From contig JBGAIQ010000072.1 of assembly GCA_044225365.1 (NCBI GenBank), positions 1 to 25,733 of the forward strand: 25,733 bases of DNA. Reading direction: 5' to 3'. The notes below the pieces were generated by a model. It had not been told where the DNA came from. It ran no database searches and saw nothing but the letters and a program-made list of their open reading frames with translations. Origin of the DNA: Planctomycetota bacterium (GTDB lineage Bacteria > Planctomycetota > B15-G4 > JADJEK01). A program made the position numbers and the translations under genes. This document shows positions 1 to 9,506 of the stretch, in pieces (position 1 is the first letter of the stretch; each line of letters begins with the position of its first letter).

Positions 1-173
1 AGAAGATGCCACGCTGGAGCGTGGCGGTCCCGGGGAAGGGGACAAAGAAGAAGATGCCACGCTGGAGCGTGGCGGTCCCGGGGAGGAGACAAAGAAGAAG
101 ATGCCACGCTGGAGCGTGGCGGTCCCGGGGAGGAGACAAAGAAGAAGATGCCACGCTGGAGCGTGGCGGTCCC
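1..173. repeat. Tandem array of REP-like hairpin units (47-48 bp period)
   Basis: AGAAGATGCCACGCTGGAGCGTGGCGGTCCC starts at 1, 49, 96 and 143. The linkers are near-identical. Each unit contains the palindrome GCCACGCT-GG-AGCGTGGC. The array may extend beyond the window start. Confidence 0.9.
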
Positions 174-186
174 GAAGAGGTCTGCC

Positions 187-210
187 GGAACGCCGGGCTC
201 TGCCCGGCAT
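187..210. repeat. REP-like hairpin, opposite orientation to the tandem units
   Basis: GGAACGCCGGGCTCTGCCCGGCAT, near-identical to the copy at 720-743. Confidence 0.75.
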
Positions 211-313
211 ATGGAATGGCTGCGACGCAAAGCGCGGCGACTCGAGGGTCGCGGGCCACCCGGGACTCGCAGAGTAGTTCGCGCCGGGCTTGGGCCGGCG
301 CGAGATCGGACCT

Positions 314-643
314 TCAGCGCTGGATGTGCAGAGCCGCGCGGTACGCATCGGCGCAACAGGGCGGCTTGCTCGCTTCTTGCGTCGCACTCATCGAGCAGCC
401 CACGGCGGGGGCGCAGCTTGGGTCACACGCGTCGGTGCAGGTCGCGACGTCGGGACACGGCAGGCAATCCGGCGGACACGCCGACGGATCGCAGGGCAGG
501 CCGCAGCATCCTCGAGACGGCTCACATCCCACGCTCGCCGCGTTCCTCTCAGATCCGCGCGAACTCGCGGCGTAGAGAAAGGCGGGAACGGCAACGAGCA
601 ACAGCGCGCTGGAACCGAGAACGAGACGACGCTTGAGCGCCAT
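314..643 (-). CDS. Small secreted Cys-rich protein (109 aa)
   Basis: ATG at 643 is preceded by GAAGAGG (SD-like). The N-terminus MALKRRLVLGSSALLLVAVPAFLYA is a signal peptide or anchor. The mature part has 13 Cys, including two CC pairs. Confidence 0.6.
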   Translation of the reverse strand: MALKRRLVLGSSALLLVAVPAFLYAASSRGSERNAASVGCEPSRGCCGLPCDPSACPPDCLPCPDVATCTDACDPSCAPAVGCSMSATQEASKPPCCADAYRAALHIQR

Positions 644-719
644 GATGGGACCTCTTCGGGGGACGGCAGCGGAACGCGCGTTCGACACGGCTGGGCGGGC
701 TCGAATTCCCGAATTCATC

Positions 720-788
720 GGACCGCCGGGCTCTGCCCGGCATGGGTCGATGGGAAACGAAGAAGATGCCACGCTGGAGCGGCGGTCC
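720..788. repeat. Inverted REP-like doublet upstream of topB
   Basis: GGACCGCCGGGCTCTGCCCGGCAT (720-743) faces AGAAGATGCCACGCTGGAGC--GGCGGTCC (761-788), which has a 2-nt deletion relative to the tandem unit. Confidence 0.8.
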
Positions 789-868
789 AAGGCAGCCTTT
801 CCGGGTCACCTTGCGACGAATCGCGACATTCCACGATATCCTCCGCGAAACGGAGCATTGCACCCCCT

Positions 869-2962
869 GTGAAACGAGTCGTCCTCGCCGAGAAGCCGTC
901 CGTCGCGCGTGACCTCGCGCAGTACCTGAAGGCGCGTACGCGCCAGGAAGGGTACTTCGAGGGCTCCGATCTTGCGGTCACCTGGGCGTTCGGCCACCTC
1001 GTCGGGCTCAAGGAGCCGCACGAGTACGACCCAGTGTGGAAGCGTTGGTCGGTGGAGTCCCTGCCGATCGTTCCGCCGCAGTTCCAACTGAAGGCGATCG
1101 GCGACGACGGGGCGAAGAAGCAGCTCTCGATCGTGGAGTCGCTCTTCAAGAACGCCGAGACGATCGTGTGCGCGACCGACGCGGGGCGCGAGGGCGAGCT
1201 GATCTTCCGCTACATCCTCGAATTTAGCGGAGCGCACGGCAAGAAGGTGCTGCGCCTGTGGCTGAACTCGCTGACCGAAGAAGCGATCCGCGACGCCTTC
1301 ACCAAGCTGAAGCCCGCGACCGAGTACGACCATCTCGCGGCGGCGGCGCGCAGCCGCTCGGAGGCCGATTGGATCGTGGGCCTCAACGGAACGCGCTTCT
1401 TCACCGCGGGGAATCGCCGCTTCGACGTGTTGTGGAGCGTGGGGCGAGTGCAGACCCCCGTGCTCGCGATGATCGTCCTCCGCGACGACGACATCCGTAC
1501 CTTCGTCCCAGAGATCTTCTTCGAACTGATCACGCAGTATCGCGGCGTCGAGTTCTCGCACCCGAACAAGCGCTTCGGGAAGCAGGAGGACGCGGCCGAA
1601 TTGCTCGCGAAGGTGGCGGCGGCGCCCTTCGTCGTGAAGAGCGTTCAGAAGAAGAAGGAGACCGCGAACTGCTCGCAGCTCTTCGACCTCACCGAGCTGC
1701 AGCGCGAGATGAACCGGCGTCACGGAATGTCGGCGCAGGATACGCTCGACGCCGCGCAGCAGCTCTACGAAGCGAAGCTGCTCACCTATCCGCGAACCGA
1801 TTCGCGTTATCTCCCGAACGAGTTCAAGGGGCAGATGCCCGAGTTGCTTCGCAAGCTCGAAGCGATGAAACCCGAGGCGATCGCGCCGCTCGACTTCACC
1901 AAGCTGAAGGAGACCTGCAAGGTCTTCGACGACGCGAAGGTCAGCGACCACCATGCGATCCTGCCGACCGGCAAGATCCCCACATCCCTTCCGCTTCATC
2001 AGGGCCGCGTGTTCGACGCGGTGGTCACTCGCCTCATCGCGATCTTCTACCCGCCGTGCATCAAGGAAGTGACGACCGTCGAAGGCGATGCCGACGGCAC
2101 GTCGTTTCGCGCGCGCGGCGTGCGCGTCGTCGATCCGGGCTTTACCGTGCTGTATCCCAAGAAGGGCGAGAAGGCGGACAAGCCCGACAAGGACGGCGCG
2201 AAGTCGAAGGGCGACGACGACCCGGATGCCGAACAGGAGATGCCGCTCTTCACGAAGGGCGAGAGCGGCCCTCACGAGCCGTCCCTGAAGCAGGGGCAGA
2301 CGCGCCCGCCGCGATCGTTCGACGAGAACACGTTGCTCGCCGCGATGGAGACCGCGGGCAAGCAGATCGAGGACGAGGAACTGCGCGAGGCGATGAAGGA
2401 GAAGGGCCTCGGCACGCCGGCGACGCGGGCGCAGATCATCGAGACGCTGCTGCATCGCGGCTACATCGCGCGCGACAAGAAGCGGCTGCTCGCCACCGAC
2501 CTCGGGAGGTTCCTGATCTACCTGATTCAGGACGAGGCGCTGAAGTCGCCCGAGATGACGGGAGAATGGGAAGCCAAGCTGAAGGCGATCGAGCAGGGCA
2601 AGCTCGATGCGAAGGAATTCATGGCCGGCATCGTGGAGTACACGCGGTCGATCGTGCGCGGCTCGTCGCGCGCGGCGGCGGCCGGGGGCCTGGGCCCTTG
2701 TCCCAAGTGCAAGGCGCCGGTGATCCAGGGCCGTCGCGGCTACGGCTGCTCACGCTGGCGCGAGGGCTGCGATTACGTGCTGTGGATGGAATACAAGGGC
2801 GTGACCCTCCGGCCGGATCAGGCGAAGCAGCTCTTGAACCGCCGCATCCTCCTCGAGCCTCTCGATCTCGAGGGTCGCGGGCCGACGATCCTCGTCCTCG
2901 GCCCCCGCGCCACGCTGCTCGAACTCGCCGTTCCGAGTCGCGATGCGCAGGTGAAGGCGTAA
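869..2962 (+). CDS. topB: DNA topoisomerase III (type IA)
   Basis: Probable GTG start at 869 (VKRVVLAEKPSVARDLA, TOPRIM). Motifs ATDAGREGELIF, SVGRVQTP, catalytic-Tyr motif LLTYPRTDS and GLGTPATRA. C-terminal CPKC...GC..W..GC ribbon. Confidence 0.93.
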   Translation: MKRVVLAEKPSVARDLAQYLKARTRQEGYFEGSDLAVTWAFGHLVGLKEPHEYDPVWKRWSVESLPIVPPQFQLKAIGDDGAKKQLSIVESLFKNAETIVCATDAGREGELIFRYILEFSGAHGKKVLRLWLNSLTEEAIRDAFTKLKPATEYDHLAAAARSRSEADWIVGLNGTRFFTAGNRRFDVLWSVGRVQTPVLAMIVLRDDDIRTFVPEIFFELITQYRGVEFSHPNKRFGKQEDAAELLAKVAAAPFVVKSVQKKKETANCSQLFDLTELQREMNRRHGMSAQDTLDAAQQLYEAKLLTYPRTDSRYLPNEFKGQMPELLRKLEAMKPEAIAPLDFTKLKETCKVFDDAKVSDHHAILPTGKIPTSLPLHQGRVFDAVVTRLIAIFYPPCIKEVTTVEGDADGTSFRARGVRVVDPGFTVLYPKKGEKADKPDKDGAKSKGDDDPDAEQEMPLFTKGESGPHEPSLKQGQTRPPRSFDENTLLAAMETAGKQIEDEELREAMKEKGLGTPATRAQIIETLLHRGYIARDKKRLLATDLGRFLIYLIQDEALKSPEMTGEWEAKLKAIEQGKLDAKEFMAGIVEYTRSIVRGSSRAAAAGGLGPCPKCKAPVIQGRRGYGCSRWREGCDYVLWMEYKGVTLRPDQAKQLLNRRILLEPLDLEGRGPTILVLGPRATLLELAVPSRDAQVKA

Positions 2963-3065
2963 GGGCGCACGCAGGGCGGATGGCACCCGCCGCGCCGAAG
3001 TTGTAATCTCGCTCGTCCGACCGAGCGTCGTGTCGCGCCAAGAATTGATTCGAAGGAGGTTCTCC

Positions 3066-4337
3066 ATGTCCTTGTTCACGCTTCCCGCTCTCGCCCTGTT
3101 CGCGTTCGCGCCCGCCGCGCCGGGCACGGAGGTCAAGCTCGAGTTGAAGTCCGTTCCCGCGACGATGGACCGCAATGCGCTTCCGCCGGTCGGAGCGGGG
3201 CGCGTGCCCGTGACGGTCTCGGACAAGGCGATGGCCGGAGCGCCCAAGGATCCCGAAGGCTGGACCGCGGTCCAGCGCGGCATGGTCGAGCTCGGCGGCA
3301 AGAAGATGTCGGTCGCCGTGGGCAAGAAGGCGGCGGATGCGGCGAGCGTCGATTCGGCCGCGGTCGACCTGAACGTCGACGGCGCATATTCGGGCGACGA
3401 GATCGTCGCGCTCACGGTGCGCGAGAACAAGATGAAGACCGAGACCGGAACGGAGACGGTGTACAGCGGCTCGGCGCCGGGCTTCGTTCTGAAGCAGGAC
3501 GCCGTCGAGCTGCCGTTCGGCCTCACGATGACGTCCACCTCGAAGGGCGTGAGCGTCGCCGTGTCTCCGCGCTGGTACTACGCGGGCACCGTGAAGATCG
3601 GCGACGTCGATCACACGATCGTTTTCCAGGACGCCGACGCCGACGGCAAGATCGACGGCAAGGCCGATCGCTGGGGCGCGGTGGCGGCCGCGGACCTCGG
3701 CAAGAAGATGTTGAGCTCGATGTCGATGGCCGCGCTCGACGAGAAGCTGTTCCTGAACAAGAACAGCGTCGGAGCGACCCTCCACGGCGCGGAGAAGGCC
3801 GACCTCTCGATCACGGCGGCCGCCGCGCCCGATCCGAAGGATCTCGAGAAGGCTCGCATCCGGGTCGGGAAGGACTGGGCCGCGCGATTCGACAAGGAGC
3901 GGGAGGAATTCGTCGCGGCTCGCAAGATCGACACCAAGCGTCCGCTCGCGAAGGACGAGATCCACTGGCAGTACATCACGTTCGACGCCGCGCAGAAGCT
4001 CGCGAAGGACTCGAACAAGCCGCTCTTCGTCGACGTCATGGCCTACTGGTGCGTGTGGTGCTACCGGATGGATTACTACACGTATCCCGACGCCGAGGTC
4101 GCGAACGTCCTCAACACGAAGTACATCCCGGTGAAGATCATCCAGGAGCAGGATCAGGTCGGCGATTACGAGAAGGTTCGCGGCCTCCTCGACGCGCAGG
4201 GCATCCCGGCGATGGGCATCTGGACCGCGGGCGGTTCGCTCGTCCACAAGATCGGTGGCTGGGAGAAGCCCGAGGAGTTCCTCGGTGAACTGAGCAAAGG
4301 TCTCGAGCTCGCCGCCGCGAAGCCCGCGGGCAACTGA
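3066..4337 (+). CDS. Secreted protein with C-terminal thioredoxin-like domain (WCxWC)
   Basis: AAGGAGG SD lies before ATG 3066, followed by a signal peptide. The segment AQKLAKDSNKPLFVDVMAYWCVWCYRMDYYTY is typical of DUF255/SoxW-like thioredoxin folds. Confidence 0.8.
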   Translation: MSLFTLPALALFAFAPAAPGTEVKLELKSVPATMDRNALPPVGAGRVPVTVSDKAMAGAPKDPEGWTAVQRGMVELGGKKMSVAVGKKAADAASVDSAAVDLNVDGAYSGDEIVALTVRENKMKTETGTETVYSGSAPGFVLKQDAVELPFGLTMTSTSKGVSVAVSPRWYYAGTVKIGDVDHTIVFQDADADGKIDGKADRWGAVAAADLGKKMLSSMSMAALDEKLFLNKNSVGATLHGAEKADLSITAAAAPDPKDLEKARIRVGKDWAARFDKEREEFVAARKIDTKRPLAKDEIHWQYITFDAAQKLAKDSNKPLFVDVMAYWCVWCYRMDYYTYPDAEVANVLNTKYIPVKIIQEQDQVGDYEKVRGLLDAQGIPAMGIWTAGGSLVHKIGGWEKPEEFLGELSKGLELAAAKPAGN

Positions 4338-4557
4338 TCCGGAATCGATCTCGAGCCGATCGAACGCGAGCGCCCGCGGAGAGCGATCCGCGAGCGCTCG
4401 TTTCGTTTCCCAGCGGTCACCGATGGTCTCGTGGAGTGTCGAATGTCCCCATCCAAGTCTATATAATAGGCTCGATTACCTGGAAGGAAATTCAGCGAGT
4501 TGACTCTCGCATCCGGACCTTTTTTGGGTGCGTGATCAGGACAAGCATATAAGATCA

Positions 4558-5097
4558 ATGATAATCGATCTGATACATAGGTGCTGTGCGTCCTGGGCAC
4601 GGGACTTCGAGTTTCCAACGGGTGGCGAGGTCGCCATCCCGTCGGGGGCAGAAGCTGATTTGGTCGAAGCGATCAAGTCTGCTCTCCCTCTGCAAGAGGG
4701 GCTCGTCGCTGCTATTCGCCATGGCCTCTCCTCCCGCGACGAATACACCATGACGATGTTCGCAGTAAGATGTGCGATATTGGCGGCTCGTACCGCGAAC
4801 GCTGACTTGCTCCACGTGAGTGTAGCATCCATCATGATTCTATCGGGGCGAGTCGATTGGAGAGACACGCTGGTGGCACTATCGATGATGGAGAACTGCG
4901 CGATTCGAGTGGGTGTACAGCTTCGAGATCTCGTAAGTCTTCAAATTCACTTGGCTGCGCCTTCCGTGGTCCAGACGATTTTGCGCGGGTATTTCGATCG
5001 GTCAGAGGAAATGCGCAGAGTCATAGTGATGGGTTTCCGGTCGGTGGAAGGCGGCGACGGCCTGCGGTTTCAATCCATTCCATTTCGAACGGAGTAG
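4558..5097 (+). CDS. Hypothetical protein in a lower-GC segment
   Basis: Open frame of about 179 aa with atypical codon usage and an AT-rich upstream region (TATAAT at 4462-4467). The start is uncertain (4528 or 4558). Confidence 0.5.
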   Translation: MIIDLIHRCCASWARDFEFPTGGEVAIPSGAEADLVEAIKSALPLQEGLVAAIRHGLSSRDEYTMTMFAVRCAILAARTANADLLHVSVASIMILSGRVDWRDTLVALSMMENCAIRVGVQLRDLVSLQIHLAAPSVVQTILRGYFDRSEEMRRVIVMGFRSVEGGDGLRFQSIPFRTE

Positions 5098-5488
5098 TTG
5101 TCGATCGCGATCCGAGCACTTGTGGGATCGAGCATCGCACGGAATTGATGCGGAGATCGCGTCGACGCCCCTTCCCGAATCGGCACCCACCTCCGGCGGC
5201 CATCGAGCGCCGGGGGCCGATGCGGGCCGTGGCTGCCGTCGAGAACCTGCGAGCGAATGGGGAGGCGACAAGTCCGCGTCGCGCGGCCTGCGAAATCGTT
5301 CGTCGGACGAGTTCGGGAGCTGCGGTGTCCTCGATGAGGTCCTCGATCGCGCGCGTGGCATTCGTGATCGGAATCGCTTCGCACCATGCGCGGTCGGATT
5401 TCGGCCCATCTGAGATGCTTTCACGCGGGAGAAGTAAGCCGCGAGAAGCCTGTGTGCGGCTCCGCGTCCGCTACGATGCCACGAGCCC

Positions 5489-8400
5489 ATGAACGACGAG
5501 ACCCTGACCCCGATCGACTCCAAGCTCGAAGAGCTCGTGGCGAAGTGCCTCGAGCGCCTCGAGCGCGAGGGGGATCCGCACATCGATGAGGTGTGCAAGG
5601 ATCATCCGGAGCTGAAGGAGGCGGTCGCGCGGCGCTTCGCGATGCTGAAGCGCATCGGTCTGCTCTCGGCGTCGCAGACGGCGGGGGGCGGGCAGCCTGG
5701 TCCCGAGAAGGACTTTCCCGAGCTGCTCGGTGACTTCCGCCTGGTGCGAAGGGTCGGCGGCGGAGGAATGGGCGTCGTCTATCTCGCGAAGCAGGAATCG
5801 CTCGGCCGCGAGGTGGCGCTCAAGCTGATTCGACCCGAGCATCTCTACTTCGAAGGCGCGAAGCTGCGCTTTCGCCGCGAGGTCGAGGCGATCGCGAGCC
5901 TCAGCCACCCCGGCATCGTTCCGATCTACATGGTCGGCGAGGAGAAGGGGATCCCGTACTACGCGATGGAGCACGTCCAGGGCAGTTCGCTCTCGGAGGT
6001 GCTCGAATCGCTCCGCGGCCGCGACGTGAGCGAACTCACCGCGACCGACCTCACGAACGCGATCCAGGGCATCGATCCGATGCAGGCGATCGCGATCGGC
6101 GAGCGGCTCGGGCCGTCCTGGATCCAAGCGTGTCTGCGCGTCCTGCTCCAGGTCGCCGAGGCGCTCGCGCACGCGCACGGGCGCGGGATCATCCATCGCG
6201 ACATCAAGCCGTCGAACATCCTGCTGCGTCGCGACGGCGTGCCGGTGCTCGTCGACTTCGGACTCGCATTGCAACGCGGCGCGTCGAAGCTGACGCAGAC
6301 GGGTTCCGCGCTCGGCTCGCCGCACTACATGGCCCCGGAGATCTGGACGAGCGGCGGCAGCATCGCGGATGCGCGCAGCGACGTGTACGCGCTCGGCGTC
6401 ACGCTCTACGAGATGCTGTCGCTCATCCTCCCGTTCCGCGGGCAGTCCGAGGAGCTGATCGTGAAGGTGCTGTCGGGCGAATTCGACCCGTTGCGCCGCG
6501 CGAATCCGCTCATTCCGTGGGACGTCGAGACGGTCTGCCTCAAGGCGATGGAGGTCGATCCGAATCGCCGCTACGAGTCGGCGGCGGAGTTCGCGCACGA
6601 CCTGCGCAACTTGCTCGAGCTGCGCCCGATCCTCGCCGCGCGTCCCACGCCCTACCTGCGCGTGAAGCGGTTCGTCCAGCGGCGGCCGGGATCGGCGATG
6701 GCCGTCGTCCTCGTCTTCTTCATCACGGTAGTGTTCCCCGTGTTCTATTCCGCGGTCCTGCGCGTGACGAACGCCAAGATCGAGAAGAAGAACGTCGAAC
6801 TCGAGAACCAGACGAAGCTCGCGGTCTCGCATCGCAGCGCGACGCTCGGCGCCATCGACGTGATGATCGCGAGTCTCGCGGATCCGTCGTTGAACGAAGT
6901 GCCCGGAATCGAAAGGCTGCGCACGCGCGCCCTCGAACAGGCCGAGCAGGTGATCAAGAAGGTGACGGCCTCGGGAGAGATCGACGTCGACCTCTCGTGG
7001 CGCGTGCTCAACATCCAGTCGCGGCTGGCCCGCCTCGTCGATGAGCTCGGCGACACGCGCGGCGCCATCGATCGCGCGCAGAAGACGATCGAGGATGCGC
7101 AGCGCGTGTTCGGAAAGCGCCCGCGCGACTGGCGGCCGCGGTTCTTCATCGCCAACGAACGAAGCTTCGCGGCGACGAACCAGCACACGCTGGGCGACGA
7201 CGTCGACGCCGAGAAGGGGATCCTCGAGGCGATCGAGGATTTCAAGCAGGTCGCGATCGACTCGAAGGACTCGGTCGAACCCTTCATCGCGCTCGGGAGC
7301 GGCTACTCGACTCTCGCTTCGATCCACTTCGATCGTGGACGATTCGATGAGGGCGACAAAGCCTACGCGCAGCTCTCGGAGGTCCTGGACACGGCGCTCG
7401 CGAAATGGCCCGACGATGCGCGGCTGAACATGCGTTGGGTCGAAGCGACCTCACAGAACGCGCTCTACTCGGTTCATCGCGGCGATCTCCCCGCCGCGAA
7501 ACGCTTCCTCGATGCCGTCACCAAGAAGTTCGAAGGTCTGAAGGTGGACGACGGAGAGAACTCCGTCGATCGCGAGTTGTCCGCCGTCGTCCGTTCGAAC
7601 ATGGCCGAATGCGCGAAGGTGCTGGACGACACGAAGACCTGCGTGCATTGGCTCGACGGCGCGATCGACGATCTGAAGATCCTCGTGACCCGTTATCCCG
7701 CGCGCCCCAAGTACAAGAAGCTGCTCGCGCGCTGCCTCGGTCAGGTCGCGGAGAATCGGAACTTCCTCGAGTTCGCATCCGACGCGGAGAGGGACGCCGC
7801 ATACGTCCGCTCGCTCAGTGAGTTCGAGCAGGCGATCGAGCTGATGCACTCCCTCATCGCGGCGAAGTACGCCGACCAGGTGCTCGATTCCGACCTCTGC
7901 GCCACGCTCGGTGCCTACGGCGATTGGCTGCAGAAGGGCAAGCGCTACGAAGAGGCGGTCGCGAGATACGAAGAGGCGACGAAGATCCTCGATCGGCGCC
8001 TCGCGGCGAATCCGGACAGTCCCGAGGATCGAAGGAACATCGCCGAGAACCTCACCGGACTCGGGTTCTGTCGCAGCCTGCTCGACGAAGGCGAAGGCGC
8101 CCTCGAATCGATCGCGCGCTCGGCGAGCATCCTCACCGACAGTCACGACAAGAAGCTCCTCGCCGACTCGGAGTTCGGCGACTTGTTCGCCCGCAACCGC
8201 CTCGTTCTCGCCGATTACTATCTGAATCGCAGGGACCATCGCGAGACGCTCGCGGCGATGCTCGACCTCGAGAAGATCGATGTGCCGATCGAGCTGCGTT
8301 TCGACTGCGTTCGCAAGTTGAACTTCAGCATCGAGGACGCGTCGACGGACGGCGCCATCTCGGAGGCCGATCGCAAAGCAGCCATCGCGAAGGCCGCAGC

Positions 8401-8530
8401 GATCGCGGTGACGCATCTCGATGCGATCCTCGCGGGCGGGGGATCGGTCGACGTCTTCCGCGACGAACCCAAGTACGGCGCTTTGCGCGATACCGCCGAA
8501 TTCGCCGCGTGGGCCGAGAAGCATCCCTGA
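5489..8530 (+). CDS. Hanks-type Ser/Thr protein kinase with TM segment and TPR-like C-terminal region
   Basis: Motifs GGGGMGVVY, VALK, HRDIKPSN, DFGLA, GSPHYMAPE and SDVYALG. A hydrophobic segment (AMAVVLVFFITVVFPVFYS) is followed by helical repeats. Confidence 0.93.
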   Translation: MNDETLTPIDSKLEELVAKCLERLEREGDPHIDEVCKDHPELKEAVARRFAMLKRIGLLSASQTAGGGQPGPEKDFPELLGDFRLVRRVGGGGMGVVYLAKQESLGREVALKLIRPEHLYFEGAKLRFRREVEAIASLSHPGIVPIYMVGEEKGIPYYAMEHVQGSSLSEVLESLRGRDVSELTATDLTNAIQGIDPMQAIAIGERLGPSWIQACLRVLLQVAEALAHAHGRGIIHRDIKPSNILLRRDGVPVLVDFGLALQRGASKLTQTGSALGSPHYMAPEIWTSGGSIADARSDVYALGVTLYEMLSLILPFRGQSEELIVKVLSGEFDPLRRANPLIPWDVETVCLKAMEVDPNRRYESAAEFAHDLRNLLELRPILAARPTPYLRVKRFVQRRPGSAMAVVLVFFITVVFPVFYSAVLRVTNAKIEKKNVELENQTKLAVSHRSATLGAIDVMIASLADPSLNEVPGIERLRTRALEQAEQVIKKVTASGEIDVDLSWRVLNIQSRLARLVDELGDTRGAIDRAQKTIEDAQRVFGKRPRDWRPRFFIANERSFAATNQHTLGDDVDAEKGILEAIEDFKQVAIDSKDSVEPFIALGSGYSTLASIHFDRGRFDEGDKAYAQLSEVLDTALAKWPDDARLNMRWVEATSQNALYSVHRGDLPAAKRFLDAVTKKFEGLKVDDGENSVDRELSAVVRSNMAECAKVLDDTKTCVHWLDGAIDDLKILVTRYPARPKYKKLLARCLGQVAENRNFLEFASDAERDAAYVRSLSEFEQAIELMHSLIAAKYADQVLDSDLCATLGAYGDWLQKGKRYEEAVARYEEATKILDRRLAANPDSPEDRRNIAENLTGLGFCRSLLDEGEGALESIARSASILTDSHDKKLLADSEFGDLFARNRLVLADYYLNRRDHRETLAAMLDLEKIDVPIELRFDCVRKLNFSIEDASTDGAISEADRKAAIAKAAAIAVTHLDAILAGGGSVDVFRDEPKYGALRDTAEFAAWAEKHP

Positions 8531-8552
8531 CGCCCTAGAAGAAAGTCCTCTA

Positions 8553-8632
8553 GGACCGCCGGGCTCCAGCCCGGCATCCGAATGGACACTTCGTTCCATC
8601 CCAAAAAGCGCCGGGCTGGAGCCCGGCGGTCC
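8553..8632. repeat. REPIN/BIME-like inverted REP doublet
   Basis: Perfect 23-bp inverted repeat GGACCGCCGGGCTCCAGCCCGGC (8553-8575 and 8610-8632). Each arm is itself a hairpin, and the element is intergenic. Confidence 0.88.
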
Positions 8633-8680
8633 CGAAGCGCGAAACTTGCCGCTTCGGCGCGACTGCGTTACAACGACGCC

Positions 8681-9472
8681 ATGGACGATCGCAGGACCGA
8701 ACTCGAGCACCGCTACGGACCGCGCGTCCACGTGCTCGCCGATCCGTTCGTCTGCGGCCTCCTCGGTCGGATCGGCTCGCCCGAGGTGAAGCCACCGCTC
8801 CTGCTCGATCTCGTCCGCACGTTCTACGCGACGATGCTCGCACGAGTCGTCGCGAGCGAGTTCCCCGCGACGGAACAGGCGATCCACACGCGCATGCGCG
8901 AGCACACCGAGCGCGGCGTGTGGCGGGGCAAGGCCGTCGCGCGCGACACTCGCGTCGCGATCGCGAATGTGATGCGCGCGGGCAATCTGCCGTCGCTCAC
9001 CTGCTTCGAACGCCTGACGGCGCTCCTGGACCCCGACGGGATCCGCATCGACCACTTCTACTTCGCGCGGCGGACCGACGCGAACGGCCAGGTGATCGGC
9101 GTCGATAGCGCCGGCAGCAAGGTCGGGGGCGGCATCGACGGCGCGGTCCTGCTCATTCCCGATCCGATGGGAGCGACGGGCAGCACCACGATCGAGACGC
9201 TGCGGGCCTATTCGAAGTTGCGAGCCGGTCGGCCTTCCTCCGTCATCGCGATGCATCTCATTGTGACGCCCGAGTACATCCGACGAGTCCTCGAAGAGGC
9301 CCCGGAAGTCGTCATCTACGCGGGCCGCGTCGATCGCGGGATGTCGGATGCGAGCGTCCTCGCGACGATGCCGGGCACGCACCTCGAGCGCGAATCGGGC
9401 CTGAACGAAGTGCAGTACATCGTGCCGGGCGCCGGCGGACTCGGCGAAGTCCTCACCAACGCGTTCGTTTGA
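8681..9472 (+). CDS. upp: Uracil phosphoribosyltransferase-like protein
   Basis: PRPP-binding motif LIPDPMGATGST, VMRAG, and C-terminal LNEVQYIVPGAGGLGE (canonical LNxxGYIVPGLGDAGD). A divergent member of the family. Confidence 0.75.
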   Translation: MDDRRTELEHRYGPRVHVLADPFVCGLLGRIGSPEVKPPLLLDLVRTFYATMLARVVASEFPATEQAIHTRMREHTERGVWRGKAVARDTRVAIANVMRAGNLPSLTCFERLTALLDPDGIRIDHFYFARRTDANGQVIGVDSAGSKVGGGIDGAVLLIPDPMGATGSTTIETLRAYSKLRAGRPSSVIAMHLIVTPEYIRRVLEEAPEVVIYAGRVDRGMSDASVLATMPGTHLERESGLNEVQYIVPGAGGLGEVLTNAFV

Positions 9473-9506
9473 ACGCGTTCGAGCCTCGCCCGAATCCCCC
9501 AACCTC

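Noticed and set aside
1-173. Tandem palindromic repeats as the CRISPR array for the Csm operon
   Set aside because: The linkers are only about 16-17 nt and nearly identical, so there are no unique spacers. The same unit occurs dispersed and in inverted doublets, which is REP-like behaviour.
290-868. 193-aa N-terminal extension of topB in the ORF track
   Set aside because: It runs through REP repeats and overlaps the opposite-strand Cys-rich ORF. The TOPRIM motif begins at GTG 869.
5098-5488. Possible ECF sigma factor, ncRNA or mini-array upstream of the kinase
   Set aside because: I could not see a convincing ORF, repeat or structured-RNA signature.
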